43,787 nucleotides of DNA, taken from a virus. Taxonomy: Duplodnaviria > Caudoviricetes. Of the stretch, positions 7,853-16,806 are shown piece after piece. The translations under genes were made by a program, and so were the position numbers. Position 1 is the stretch's first letter, and every line of letters starts with the position of its first letter. The stretch is from positions 1-43,787 of IMG/VR virus record IMGVR_UViG_3300049564_000005; one strand, given 5' to 3'. The notes below the pieces were generated by a model. That model searched no databases, was not told where the DNA came from, and saw only the letters and a list, made by a program, of their open reading frames with translations.

Positions 7853-8514
7853 TACTTCACATCCTCGGGCTTAAACGCGACGTTGGCGAACTTGCCAGAG
7901 ACGGGCACGAGCGGCTTGACTGACCAGTTCTTGCAGCGCTCAGTTTGCCAAGCGATATACGCTTCCAGCTGACGAACTTCGCGGTTCATGCTGTCAGCGT
8001 GCAGACTGTTATATTTCAGCACGGTCGCTCGGCGCAGCTCTTCGCACGTCGCGCCGGGCATCTCGTACGGTGCGACGCCGTGAAAGCCGCTGCTGTAGTG
8101 TCCGCCGTTCTGATTGTTCGCGTCAGTGTAGCTGTATTCGATGCGCTGCCAGCCGTCAGCTTCAGCAGGCGGCATCGACGCTGTCAGCTCAACCTGCTCT
8201 GTCACGTAGCCGCTACGATATGCGCCGTGCAAGTTCTTGACGTATGTGGAGATGAACATCTTCGTATCAGCGTCGATGTTCGTGCGCAGCTCGTGCTGAT
8301 ACTTCTTGATGTCCTTGATTCTGTTCTTCGCCAGCTGCACGTGCGCAGCGACAAGTTCCATGCTCTGTTCGAACGGCAGCGCTTTCGCGCCAGAGCAGAC
8401 ACCGCTGAAGAACCCGTGAGTCACCGTGTAGCCGTGCAGACTCAGCACGCCCTTGGGAAGCTTCTGAAGCGAACCGCACAGTTGGCAATGTCCTCGATGT
8501 GTCGCAGCAGCCAT
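7852..8514 (-). CDS. Phage early protein with N-terminal Zn-binding motif
   Basis: GHCQLCG...LSLHGY...FSGVCSG...PFE; AAGGAG RBS directly after the 44-bp element. Confidence 0.75.
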   Translation of the reverse strand: MAAATHRGHCQLCGSLQKLPKGVLSLHGYTVTHGFFSGVCSGAKALPFEQSMELVAAHVQLAKNRIKDIKKYQHELRTNIDADTKMFISTYVKNLHGAYRSGYVTEQVELTASMPPAEADGWQRIEYSYTDANNQNGGHYSSGFHGVAPYEMPGATCEELRRATVLKYNSLHADSMNREVRQLEAYIAWQTERCKNWSVKPLVPVSGKFANVAFKPEDVK

Positions 8515-8525
8515 TTCGTTTCTCT

Positions 8526-8569
8526 CCTTCGTTCGTCTCATTGCGAACGTGAGACAATCTTATCATGAC
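8526..8569 (-). promoter_or_regulatory. 44-bp promoter/hairpin element, copy 2
   Basis: Identical to 5828-5871. Confidence 0.75.
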
Positions 8570-8716
8570 GAGCTTTCAAAGTGTTAACTCTTTTTGGAAA
8601 AGCTGTAAGTGCTTTATTTACAGCGATTTACAGCATTTGCAGAAGTGTGCAATCCTGCACTGTGCACCGTGCTTGACTGGATGCAGCTCTGCGTCAAGAC
8701 AGCTCTGCGATTTTGC

Positions 8717-8750
8717 TTGACATCTTCGTTACGTCTTGAGCTAAGCTCAA
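8717..8750 (+). promoter_or_regulatory. Candidate rightward promoter overlapped by a palindromic operator
   Basis: TTGACA-19 nt-TAAGCT (long spacer); TTGAGCT-A-AGCTCAA palindrome at 8736-8750. Confidence 0.4.
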
Positions 8751-8795
8751 CGACGCAGATTAACCCCTGTCAGTTGAGCGACGACGGTCGATCTT

Positions 8796-8827
8796 CGTGT
8801 GGCACTAGCTTGTCCTAGTGCCACACG
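8796..8827. repeat. Perfect 13-bp inverted repeat upstream of the primase
   Basis: CGTGTGGCACTAG-cttgtc-CTAGTGCCACACG. Confidence 0.8.
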
Positions 8828-8887
8828 TCTCAGCTGTCCCTAACTTCACGAGGCAAGCGTGATGCACACATCGATGGCGATCACGAA

Positions 8888-10984
8888 ATGATCGCACCGT
8901 CTGACGTTCTCGATTTTTACTTCAAAAATAATTTCCGACTCGTCTTCTGGCCTCATATCGGTGACGCGAAGGGCCCACGCGAAAAAGGTTGGACTGAAAA
9001 AGTCTATACGCGTGACGACTATCGCGAAACGATGCGCGTTGGACTCATGTGCGGGCACGAGATATCGCCCGGCAAGTTTCTACACGACGTCGATATAGAC
9101 TGGGAACCCGGATCGCGCATCGCTCAAGCGCTTATCCCGCCAACAGAGTTCGTTTTCGGACGAGCAAACAAGAAGATTAGTCACTGTTGGTATACGCTGC
9201 CTGAAGCGGTCGCCAGCTTCAAGTATGAAGATCCAACAGACAAGACGTGCTTAATCGAGCTGCGTGGTTGCAAACTGGACGGGACACTCGGGAATCAAAC
9301 CATGTGTCCGCCCTCAGTCTGGAGCAGAGACAGCGCACGTGAGCCGCTAGAGTTCGTCAAGTTCAGAATCCCATCCCACTTCGAAGACATTCCCAAGTTC
9401 AAACAGAAAGTATGTCTGTCCGCGATTGCGATGCTGCTCGCCAAGCACTTCGGCAAGCAGGGATTCGGGCATGAGATACGACTAGCATGGGCTGGATTCT
9501 TATTGCGAGCTGGTATCAGCATCGAAGAGTGCATTGCCGTCGGCAATGCCATCATGCTCTACACAGGCAACAGCGATAAAACAGACATCAAGTTAGCTGT
9601 TGAGAGTACCAACAAGCGTCTGCTGGACAAGGACAAGAAAGTCAAAGGCGGTCCCGCGCTTGCGAAGATGATCGGCGAGCACGGACGCGCTATCGTCAAG
9701 CGCATCAACGAGTGGCTGGGCAGAGATAGTGACTTCATTCGCAATCAAGACGGGCTGATCATCAAAGATCACCAAGAGAATGTGGTCCGTGCACTGTCGC
9801 TGCTCAACGTGGAACTCAAATACAACGAGTTCGCCGACAAGTTACTGGTCAACAATCAACCGCTTGAAGATCGACAGCTGAACGAAGTGTGGTTCCGCAT
9901 CGATGAAGAGTGCAAATTTCGCCCGCCCATCGACTTCTTTGAGAAAGTGATCAAACGCATCGGGTGGAATAACGCGTTTCACCCTGTGCGTGACTATTTC
10001 AACACGTTGCAGTGGGATGGCAAGCCGCGTATTGACACGTGGCTGATTGATTCTGCGAACGCGTTCGACAATCCTTACATACGCGCCATCTCTGCAATCT
10101 TCTTGATCGCTGCTGTGAGGAGAATCAAACAGCCGGGATGCAAGCATGACGAGTTAATCGTGCTTGAGTCTGAACAAGGGCTGCAAAAATCCTCAGCGCT
10201 GCGTGCACTGTGTCCACATGCTGACTGGTTCAGCGATGATTTTCAGCTCAATGCGACATCGCAGCGCATGATCGAAGCCACGACGGGCAAGTGGATCATC
10301 GAAGTCTCCGAGCTGTCAGGTATGCGTCAGTCGATGGTTGAATTGCTCAAGAGTAATTTGAGTCGTCAAGTCGATGGCCCGGCTCGTATGGCATACGCGC
10401 ATCTGCCTATTGAACGACCGCGACAATTCATCCTGATCGGCACAACAAATTCGAAGAACTATCTGGCGGACAGCACGGGTTCGCGTCGCTTCTGGCCCAT
10501 CGATGTCTTTCGTTTCAACGTCGAATGGATCATTAACAACAGAGACCAGCTCTGGGCTGAAGCTGTGCACCGTGAAGCCTTAGGCGAAAGCAATCGCTTG
10601 CACGAGTCGCTGTGGAAATACGCTGGAGAGGAACAAGAACGACGTCGGGAAGTTGACCCATGGGAAAGTCTCATCAGAACAGCACTGTTAAGTAACTTCG
10701 AAATCCATTACGAAGATGGTTACACGCGTGTTGTCACATCGTTCTTGTGGGATAGTTTGGGCATCGAGCCATCACGCCGTGAGCGCAAGTATCAAACGCG
10801 CTTGAGTGAAATCATGCAACGGCTAGGGTTCGAACGCACTCGGGTGCGCCCGGCGGGTGAGCAAGTGCAAGTGGGTTACATCAGTACCGGACAAGATTGG
10901 GCACGTCGCGCAGCGCTCGAAGACGCTGGCGCCCATGATGTGGTCGCGAGTGCGCAAGTTCCACCCGATCAAAATGACATGTGA
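8888..10984 (+). CDS. Primase-polymerase (Prim-Pol/AEP) fused to VapE/VirE-type helicase
   Basis: N-terminal KGP..KGW, VGLMCG, LHDVDID, H.WY, QTMCPPS; C-terminal FHPVRDY, WDGKPRID, PGCKHD, LESEQGLQKSS (variant Walker A), IIEVSEL, GTTN, DSTGSRRFWP. Confidence 0.9.
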   Translation: MIAPSDVLDFYFKNNFRLVFWPHIGDAKGPREKGWTEKVYTRDDYRETMRVGLMCGHEISPGKFLHDVDIDWEPGSRIAQALIPPTEFVFGRANKKISHCWYTLPEAVASFKYEDPTDKTCLIELRGCKLDGTLGNQTMCPPSVWSRDSAREPLEFVKFRIPSHFEDIPKFKQKVCLSAIAMLLAKHFGKQGFGHEIRLAWAGFLLRAGISIEECIAVGNAIMLYTGNSDKTDIKLAVESTNKRLLDKDKKVKGGPALAKMIGEHGRAIVKRINEWLGRDSDFIRNQDGLIIKDHQENVVRALSLLNVELKYNEFADKLLVNNQPLEDRQLNEVWFRIDEECKFRPPIDFFEKVIKRIGWNNAFHPVRDYFNTLQWDGKPRIDTWLIDSANAFDNPYIRAISAIFLIAAVRRIKQPGCKHDELIVLESEQGLQKSSALRALCPHADWFSDDFQLNATSQRMIEATTGKWIIEVSELSGMRQSMVELLKSNLSRQVDGPARMAYAHLPIERPRQFILIGTTNSKNYLADSTGSRRFWPIDVFRFNVEWIINNRDQLWAEAVHREALGESNRLHESLWKYAGEEQERRREVDPWESLIRTALLSNFEIHYEDGYTRVVTSFLWDSLGIEPSRRERKYQTRLSEIMQRLGFERTRVRPAGEQVQVGYISTGQDWARRAALEDAGAHDVVASAQVPPDQNDM

Positions 10985-10996
10985 GCAAGACGAACT

Positions 10997-11279
10997 GTTA
11001 CCACTGTAACCGTCTTGTACCGTTCTGTTTTTCGCCAGAGTAACTCGCGCAAGTCTCATCACGAGTTGACGATAGAGAAAACGTGATCGCTGTAAGTGTT
11101 GGGTTACCGAAACGCGTTACTCACGAGTTCCAACCTTTAGAAAATGAAAAATATTTTTCTCTGTCGCAGACTTAACTAATCGGTAACAAGGTAACAAGGT
11201 AACAGAGGAAAGCAAGTCAGCTCGTGTCAACAGTTTGCGACGTTACCGACGTTGTTACCGTGAAAACCTTCACGGTAAC
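10997..11279. repeat. Putative replication origin: GTTAC/GTAAC iterons around an AT-rich core
   Basis: 11 GTTAC/GTAAC copies counted, including tandem GGTAACAA-GGTAACAA-GGTAACAG (11182-11205) and an 11-bp inverted repeat (11254-11279). Confidence 0.65.
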
Positions 11280-11350
11280 GAGTGATAAGTTGAGCTTTAT
11301 GCCATGTCTAGTCTCGCGCAGCACAGCCCATTCTGCTAACGTGCGCCATC

Positions 11351-11968
11351 ATGTCAGCTGAAGACACTGCACGCGTTGCCGCGCAGCTCGATGACTTCGA
11401 ACGCGAAGCGCTGGCGCAGTCGTGCAACGAGAAGGAACGCGCCTTCGTGCGCGAATACGTGACTGACTTGAATGGCACTAGCGCTGTGTGGCGTTGTGGA
11501 TGTTTCAACGTCACAACTGATGCGTCGGCAGCTGTCGCTGCGTCGCGCTTGCTCAGTCGCGTTAAAGTTCAGTCGCTCATCGCCGTGACGCAAGCGCAAC
11601 GCGCAATGGCATCTGCGATCACGCAGGAGTCTGTGCTGAGTGAAATGCAATTGCTTTCACACAGCGACATTTCGAACTATATCGTTGACGACGATGGGAA
11701 CGTCAAGCTTGTTGCTGGCGCACCCGAGGGCGCTATGCGTGCGGTGCAAAGCATCAAGCGCAAGAAGACTGTCAAAGAAGACAAGGAAGGTACGCTGACG
11801 ATCACGTATGACGTCGAACTGAAACTGTGGGACAAACCTGCGCCATTGAAGTTGATGGGACGTCACAAGGGGTTGTTCCCAGACAAGGTTGAAGTCAGCG
11901 GGCCAAACGGCGGTCCAATCGATACTGTCACGCGCATCGAGCGCGTCATCATCGACGCGAAGCCATGA
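11351..11968 (+). CDS. terS: Terminase small subunit
   Basis: ERAFVREYVTDLNGTSA...ASRLL HTH, ITQESVLSE, ELKLWDKPAPLKLMGRH, VEVSGPNGGPI. Confidence 0.9.
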   Translation: MSAEDTARVAAQLDDFEREALAQSCNEKERAFVREYVTDLNGTSAVWRCGCFNVTTDASAAVAASRLLSRVKVQSLIAVTQAQRAMASAITQESVLSEMQLLSHSDISNYIVDDDGNVKLVAGAPEGAMRAVQSIKRKKTVKEDKEGTLTITYDVELKLWDKPAPLKLMGRHKGLFPDKVEVSGPNGGPIDTVTRIERVIIDAKP

Positions 11969-12138
11969 CACAGCCGACGATGACATGCGACAAGTGCGGG
12001 CTGCAGCGCACAGTCACGAAGTCGCCAGAAGCCACGCTTGCGTGGTTCAAGAAATGGCACTACAAACATTGCGACGGGACTCCGCAATACCGGGCGGGTC
12101 TACAGCTTGGGATCACACAACTTGAGGGACAGTCATGA
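11965..12138 (+). CDS. Small Zn-finger protein
   Basis: 57 aa, CDKC...HYKHC; ATGA overlaps at both ends; below the ORF-track cut-off. Confidence 0.6.
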   Translation: MTQPTMTCDKCGLQRTVTKSPEATLAWFKKWHYKHCDGTPQYRAGLQLGITQLEGQS

Positions 12139-12335
12139 ACATCAAAGATTTGCTGTGGCGCTGCATCTATGCTGCGGTGTTGCTTGTGGTGCTGGCAGTT
12201 GTGCTGCCACTCATTATCGCAGCTGCGGGCGTGAGTCTGCCGAACGGTCCTGCAATTGATCTGATTCGTGTTGCGTTCGCGCTGCTCATCGTCGTGTATG
12301 TGCTCTTTGGACCGACGCCGCCCAGTCCGTTCTGA
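12135..12335 (+). CDS. Small two-TM membrane protein
   Basis: Two hydrophobic helices; TGATG coupling to terL. Confidence 0.7.
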   Translation: MNIKDLLWRCIYAAVLLVVLAVVLPLIIAAAGVSLPNGPAIDLIRVAFALLIVVYVLFGPTPPSPF

Positions 12336-13666
12336 TGGGCAGAACGTTACAGATTGAAACGCCGCGTGCGTATGTTCCGTTGTTAGCTCCAACGCGATAC
12401 AAAGGCGCACACGGCGGGCGTGGTTCGGCAAAGTCGCATTTCTTCGCAGACTTACTAATCGAATACGCGCAGGTGTTCTACAGCAACGAGCAAGTAGGAC
12501 TGCGCTGGGTCTGCGTGCGTGAAGTTCAGAAGTCGCTTGAACAATCGGTAAAGTTGTTACTTGAGGACAAGATCAAATCGTATGGACTTACAGGCGTCTT
12601 CAACATCATGCACACTGAGATAGTGACACCCGGCGGCGGGCTGATCATCTTTCAAGGTATGCAAGACCACACTGCGAACTCTATCAAGTCGCTTGAAGGG
12701 TATGACGGTGCATGGGTAGAAGAAGCGCAGTCGCTGAGTGATCGCAGCTTGACGCTGTTGCGTCCGACGATACGCAAAGAGAAATCAGAACTTTGGTTCT
12801 CGTGGAACCCAGACTCACCAAAAGATCCAGTTGACAAGATGCTACGCAGCAACGACAAGCCTGATGGCGCTGTCGTCGTGCAGACCACGTTTAGAGATAA
12901 TCCGTGGTTCCCTGATGTGCTGCGCAAAGAACTTGAATGGGACAGGCGTGTCGATCATGAAAAGTATGTCAACGTCTGGGAAGGCGGCTATCAGACGCGC
13001 ACGAACTCCCGCGTGTTCAAGAACTGGCGCGTTGAAGAGTTCGACACGCCAGACAATGCGACGTTCTTCCTCGGCAGTGACTGGGGTTACAGCGTTGACC
13101 CTGCAACGCTTGTCCGCTGCTTTGAAAGTCGCAAAGATTCGAACGGTAATGATTGGCCCCGCAAGCGTCTTTACATCGACCACGAACGCTTCGGCATCGG
13201 GGTTGAGATTGACGATCTGCCCGCACACTTTGATGGCTTACTATGCGGCTGTTCGCCGCCGCTCACGCTTGAAGCAGGCAAGCCCAAGACGCAAGGCACG
13301 ACGTCGTGCGCAAAGCCTCACATTCACGGGTGGGCCCGTGCTCAGCGAATTGTTGCAGACTCTTCGCGCCCGGATACAATCAGCTATCTCAGACGCAATG
13401 GCTACGGAGGCATCGAAGCTTCTAAGAAAGGACCCAACTCGGTAAGAGAAGGGATCATCTTCTTACAAGGTTACGACATCCTCATCCATCCGCGTTGCAC
13501 GCATACGATTGACGAGTTTACCAACTTCAGCTTTGTTATTGACAAGCTGTCTGGGTTAGTCACGAACGAACTTGAAGACAAAAAGAACCATATCATCGAC
13601 CCAATGCGCTATGCGCTTGAACAGCTGCGTGGCGCACTGCAAATCAGGAGAGCAGTATGGGGTTGA
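12335..13666 (+). CDS. terL: Terminase large subunit, PBSX/Terminase_3 type
   Basis: HGGRGSAKS Walker A, WVEEAQ Walker B, LRPTIR, SWNP, GSDWGY, ADSSRP, NHIIDPMRYA. Confidence 0.95.
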   Translation: MGRTLQIETPRAYVPLLAPTRYKGAHGGRGSAKSHFFADLLIEYAQVFYSNEQVGLRWVCVREVQKSLEQSVKLLLEDKIKSYGLTGVFNIMHTEIVTPGGGLIIFQGMQDHTANSIKSLEGYDGAWVEEAQSLSDRSLTLLRPTIRKEKSELWFSWNPDSPKDPVDKMLRSNDKPDGAVVVQTTFRDNPWFPDVLRKELEWDRRVDHEKYVNVWEGGYQTRTNSRVFKNWRVEEFDTPDNATFFLGSDWGYSVDPATLVRCFESRKDSNGNDWPRKRLYIDHERFGIGVEIDDLPAHFDGLLCGCSPPLTLEAGKPKTQGTTSCAKPHIHGWARAQRIVADSSRPDTISYLRRNGYGGIEASKKGPNSVREGIIFLQGYDILIHPRCTHTIDEFTNFSFVIDKLSGLVTNELEDKKNHIIDPMRYALEQLRGALQIRRAVWG

Positions 13667-13845
13667 GGCGGTTTGTTGCGCGTCATATCGTCATGAAGCG
13701 CACGCTGGGACGTCGCTTCATACAGAACGGTTACGTGTGTAGCGAACGAGGCGATCACGTGTATTGCTACTTCTTCGGCATTCGTTGCCCGCTGCGTCTG
13801 GCGATTTGGGCGCATGAACTGAGAGATAAGAATGCCGCTCTTTGA
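13657..13845 (+). CDS. Hypothetical protein
   Basis: AGGAG RBS; overlaps the end of terL. Confidence 0.5.
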   Translation: MGLRRFVARHIVMKRTLGRRFIQNGYVCSERGDHVYCYFFGIRCPLRLAIWAHELRDKNAAL

Positions 13846-14101
13846 CTTTCGCTGTGATGACTGCGGATGTGTGCGTGAACTCTTGATGCCGCATGCGCAG
13901 CTGCGTACCACAGAGCAGTTCTGTCCGAAGTGTGGGCAGACAATGCAGCGCTGCGCGTCTGCGCCATCGCAGTTCAGTGTGACAGGGTTCAACTCAACTA
14001 ACGGTTACTCGCCTGCACGATCAATCAGCAAGCGCGTTGGGCACGTCAAGACAAACGTATCTGGCAATTTCGAAGCCTTTTCTGACGGACTGCACAAATG
14101 A
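13832..14101 (+). CDS. FmdB-family zinc-ribbon protein
   Basis: MPLFDFRCDDCG...CPKCG...MQR. Confidence 0.8.
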   Translation: MPLFDFRCDDCGCVRELLMPHAQLRTTEQFCPKCGQTMQRCASAPSQFSVTGFNSTNGYSPARSISKRVGHVKTNVSGNFEAFSDGLHK

Positions 14102-14700
14102 ATCACAAAACAAAACAAGAACTGCTGGACTCTATCGGCAAGCTGCTTGATCGCCCTGATTGCGTCGTGCGCGTGCAGAGCGAACTGTGCCCAGCGACGA
14201 AGCAACACCCTGCCGACAGCAATCAGTTCGTGACAGGCAATCGACGCACGATCATCGTCGCTGCGACGATCAGCATGCTGTTACTGTGCACGAGCGCACA
14301 CGCGCAGCAGACGACAGGCGAGAAGGTCGCAGACATCGGCAGCACCGTGCTTGTTGGCGTGAATATCGGCGCTGACGGCATCTATAGTTTCAAACATCAT
14401 TGCGGTGCGGGCTTCATCGTCAAGAACGTGGCGAGTATCGCCAGCGCGGAGATGATCAAACATATCATCCCTGAAGACCGCCCCGATCACAGCGACAACA
14501 AGTCATTCCCATCTGAACATTCGTGGCTCGCCGCAGCGAACACCGGCTGGAGCTACAAGATAGGGTGGACGATTACGTTTGGCACGATGGGCGGGCGTGT
14601 GCTTGCGAACAAGCATCATCCGCATGACACGCTGCTTGGTGCGCTGGCTGGTACGGGTGTGCAGTCAATTGTCAGCTTACTGTTGCCATGCCACGACTAG
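14098..14700 (+). CDS. PAP2-superfamily membrane phosphatase
   Basis: KHIIPEDRP (KX6RP), SFPSEH (PSGH variant), GRVLANKHHPHD (RX5HX3D); true start may be GTG 14230. Confidence 0.8.
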   Translation: MNHKTKQELLDSIGKLLDRPDCVVRVQSELCPATKQHPADSNQFVTGNRRTIIVAATISMLLLCTSAHAQQTTGEKVADIGSTVLVGVNIGADGIYSFKHHCGAGFIVKNVASIASAEMIKHIIPEDRPDHSDNKSFPSEHSWLAAANTGWSYKIGWTITFGTMGGRVLANKHHPHDTLLGALAGTGVQSIVSLLLPCHD

Positions 14701-14894
14701 CTATGGACCACGTGTCCAAGTGGCTGATGTGCGAGGGTATCGCGAGGCTAAACGATAGCTTGAAGTTTGCCGCACGCCCACAAATCGTCTTGACTGATAG
14801 TTGGCGTGACGAGCTGCACGACGAACGTCCGAAAGAGTTTCAACACACGTTTCATATCGAGCTGCCGAGGCGATATGCGCAGACACCTGAATGA
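14688..14894 (+). CDS. Hypothetical protein
   Basis: Fills the gap in the operon; start uncertain. Confidence 0.4.
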   Translation: MPRLAMDHVSKWLMCEGIARLNDSLKFAARPQIVLTDSWRDELHDERPKEFQHTFHIELPRRYAQTPE

Positions 14895-15018
14895 CGGTGA
14901 ACACTACTGCGTCAACTGCTGTAAGGTTCTACTGTGGGGCCGTGCTGTGTGCGGTGACTGCATGCGTGCGCTGGGCCTTGGTATCATCGTCGCATTGTTT
15001 GCACGTTGGATACTCTAA
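14875..15018 (+). CDS. Small Zn-finger protein with C-terminal TM helix
   Basis: CVNC...CGDC then a hydrophobic tail; GAGG RBS. Confidence 0.5.
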   Translation: MRRHLNDGEHYCVNCCKVLLWGRAVCGDCMRALGLGIIVALFARWIL

Positions 15019-15344
15019 TGAATGAACCACTTGATCTTGTAGAGTATAAAGAACGCTACAAGCAGAACGCGAGAATGAGCGGGCAAGGTCTGAACGTCAT
15101 GATGTTTGACCCGTGCCCATTCTGCGCCGCACCTGACTTCTGGGTGTACCGCATCATGGACGTCGTGCAAGTCGTCAGTCAAGAACACGTTTGCGAACAC
15201 TGTGCACGTGGCGCACGGGTAATCGTCACGCGCACACCGTCATCAGTCCACTTCGTTGTCGAACAGACTCAGGGACCCGACCAACCAGACTGGTTGATCC
15301 CCAAAGTGCGTCGTGCAGGCGCGGGAGATAATCATGCCGGTTGA
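15018..15344 (+). CDS. Zn-ribbon hypothetical protein
   Basis: CPFC...CEHC; TAATG coupling. Confidence 0.6.
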   Translation: MNEPLDLVEYKERYKQNARMSGQGLNVMMFDPCPFCAAPDFWVYRIMDVVQVVSQEHVCEHCARGARVIVTRTPSSVHFVVEQTQGPDQPDWLIPKVRRAGAGDNHAG

Positions 15345-16806
15345 TAAGCAGCGTGGTGATTACGAGCAGATGCTACCTAAGTGGAAGCGTCTGCGCGACG
15401 TCGGTAAAGGGCGTGACGCGCTGCTGAAGGCGGGTAACGCCTACGTGCCCGACTTACCTGCTGGCGACCGTGCGAGTAACGATAACTATCGCGCTCGTGG
15501 TAACTTCTACAATGCACTGGGACGCACAGTGCAGGGACTGAACGGCGCGATCTTTCAAGAAGCGCCTGAAGTAGAGATGGCAGAATCGCTCAAGCCGATA
15601 CTTGACGATGTGACGCTGACCAATGTCCCGTTCGAAACGTTCGCAGCGTCAGTCGGCAAAGAAGTCTTTTGGATTGGACGTTATGGCGTGCTCGTTGACA
15701 TGCCTCAAGACGTCGTTGCCGCATCGAAGAACTCTGTGGCACGCCCACAGACAGAGATGCGCCCATACTGCGTCGGCTACTGCGCTGAAGATATCATCAA
15801 CTGGCGCACTGAGCGACGTGGCGGCGACGAAATTCTAGTCATGCTGGTGCTGGCTGAGAAAGTCGAAGAGGGCTACTCAGAAGAAGATCCTTTTACCTGC
15901 AACGTGATCGACCAGTATCGCGTGCTGAGTCTAAATCCGCTTGGACAGTGCGTCATATCGCTGTGGCAGAAGAACGGCGACAAATGGCAGATGACTGCTG
16001 ACGGGGAAAAAACGCTGATGCGCAGAGGCGAGGCGCTGACGTTCATCCCATTCGTGTTCTTGGGCCCGACGACAGCTGCACCCGACATCGAACATCCGCC
16101 GTTGCTCGACTTGTGCGACGTCAATCTAGGGCACTGGCGCAACAGCGTTGACTACGAATACGGGCTACATCTTGTCGCGTTGCCGACGCCATGGGTATCT
16201 GGCGCAAAAGGTAGCGGCGGTCAAGGCAACGACATGAAGATCGGCCCAAGTGTTGTCTGGGAGCTGGACGCGAACGGCAGCGCGGGCATGCTTGAGTTCT
16301 CAGGCTCGGGACTTGGAGCGATTGTCGCCGCGATGGAAGAGAAGAAAAAGCAGATGGCATCATTGGGTGCGCGTCTGCTTGAAGACGCACCTGCAGTCAA
16401 CGAGACCGCCGCGGCAGTGCGCATGCGTCACACCGGTGAGACGGCGTCACTCAAGACCGTGGCGCAATCGCTTGAACAAGGGCTTACGCAGATACTGCAA
16501 ATCTGCGTGTGGTGGCAGACAACTGACGAGAAGCCAGCTGACGCGGACACGAACGTTGAACTGAACAAGGAATATATCGACGTCAGAGCAACGCCGCAGG
16601 AGATTCAAGTCGCATTGACTGCGCTGCAAGCTGGCGAGATGTCCTTCGAAACGTGGTACAACTTGCTTGTCACTGGCGGCTGGGCCCGTGAAGGTGTTGA
16701 CTCTGCGCAAGAGTTGAAAGACATCGCGACGCACAAACCTGACGTCACAGAACCTGCTGTGCCGGATGTCCCAATCAATTCTCCGTTCGGGAATCAGAAC
16801 GCGTAA
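15334..16806 (+). CDS. Portal protein (DUF4055-type)
   Basis: About 490 aa after terL; YRARGNFYN, GRYGVLVD, AEDIINWR, IPFVF, PPLLDL..VN..H.RNS.DY, ETA.A. Confidence 0.9.
   Translation: MPVDKQRGDYEQMLPKWKRLRDVGKGRDALLKAGNAYVPDLPAGDRASNDNYRARGNFYNALGRTVQGLNGAIFQEAPEVEMAESLKPILDDVTLTNVPFETFAASVGKEVFWIGRYGVLVDMPQDVVAASKNSVARPQTEMRPYCVGYCAEDIINWRTERRGGDEILVMLVLAEKVEEGYSEEDPFTCNVIDQYRVLSLNPLGQCVISLWQKNGDKWQMTADGEKTLMRRGEALTFIPFVFLGPTTAAPDIEHPPLLDLCDVNLGHWRNSVDYEYGLHLVALPTPWVSGAKGSGGQGNDMKIGPSVVWELDANGSAGMLEFSGSGLGAIVAAMEEKKKQMASLGARLLEDAPAVNETAAAVRMRHTGETASLKTVAQSLEQGLTQILQICVWWQTTDEKPADADTNVELNKEYIDVRATPQEIQVALTALQAGEMSFETWYNLLVTGGWAREGVDSAQELKDIATHKPDVTEPAVPDVPINSPFGNQNA

Noticed and set aside
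5828-8569. 44-bp repeats as a CRISPR array or att sites
   Set aside because: Only two copies 2.7 kb apart, each sitting at a promoter/RBS position; no cas or integrase gene in the window.
13235-13340. Intein in TerL
   Set aside because: About 35 aa only, with no C-terminal HN-C/S/T splice motif.
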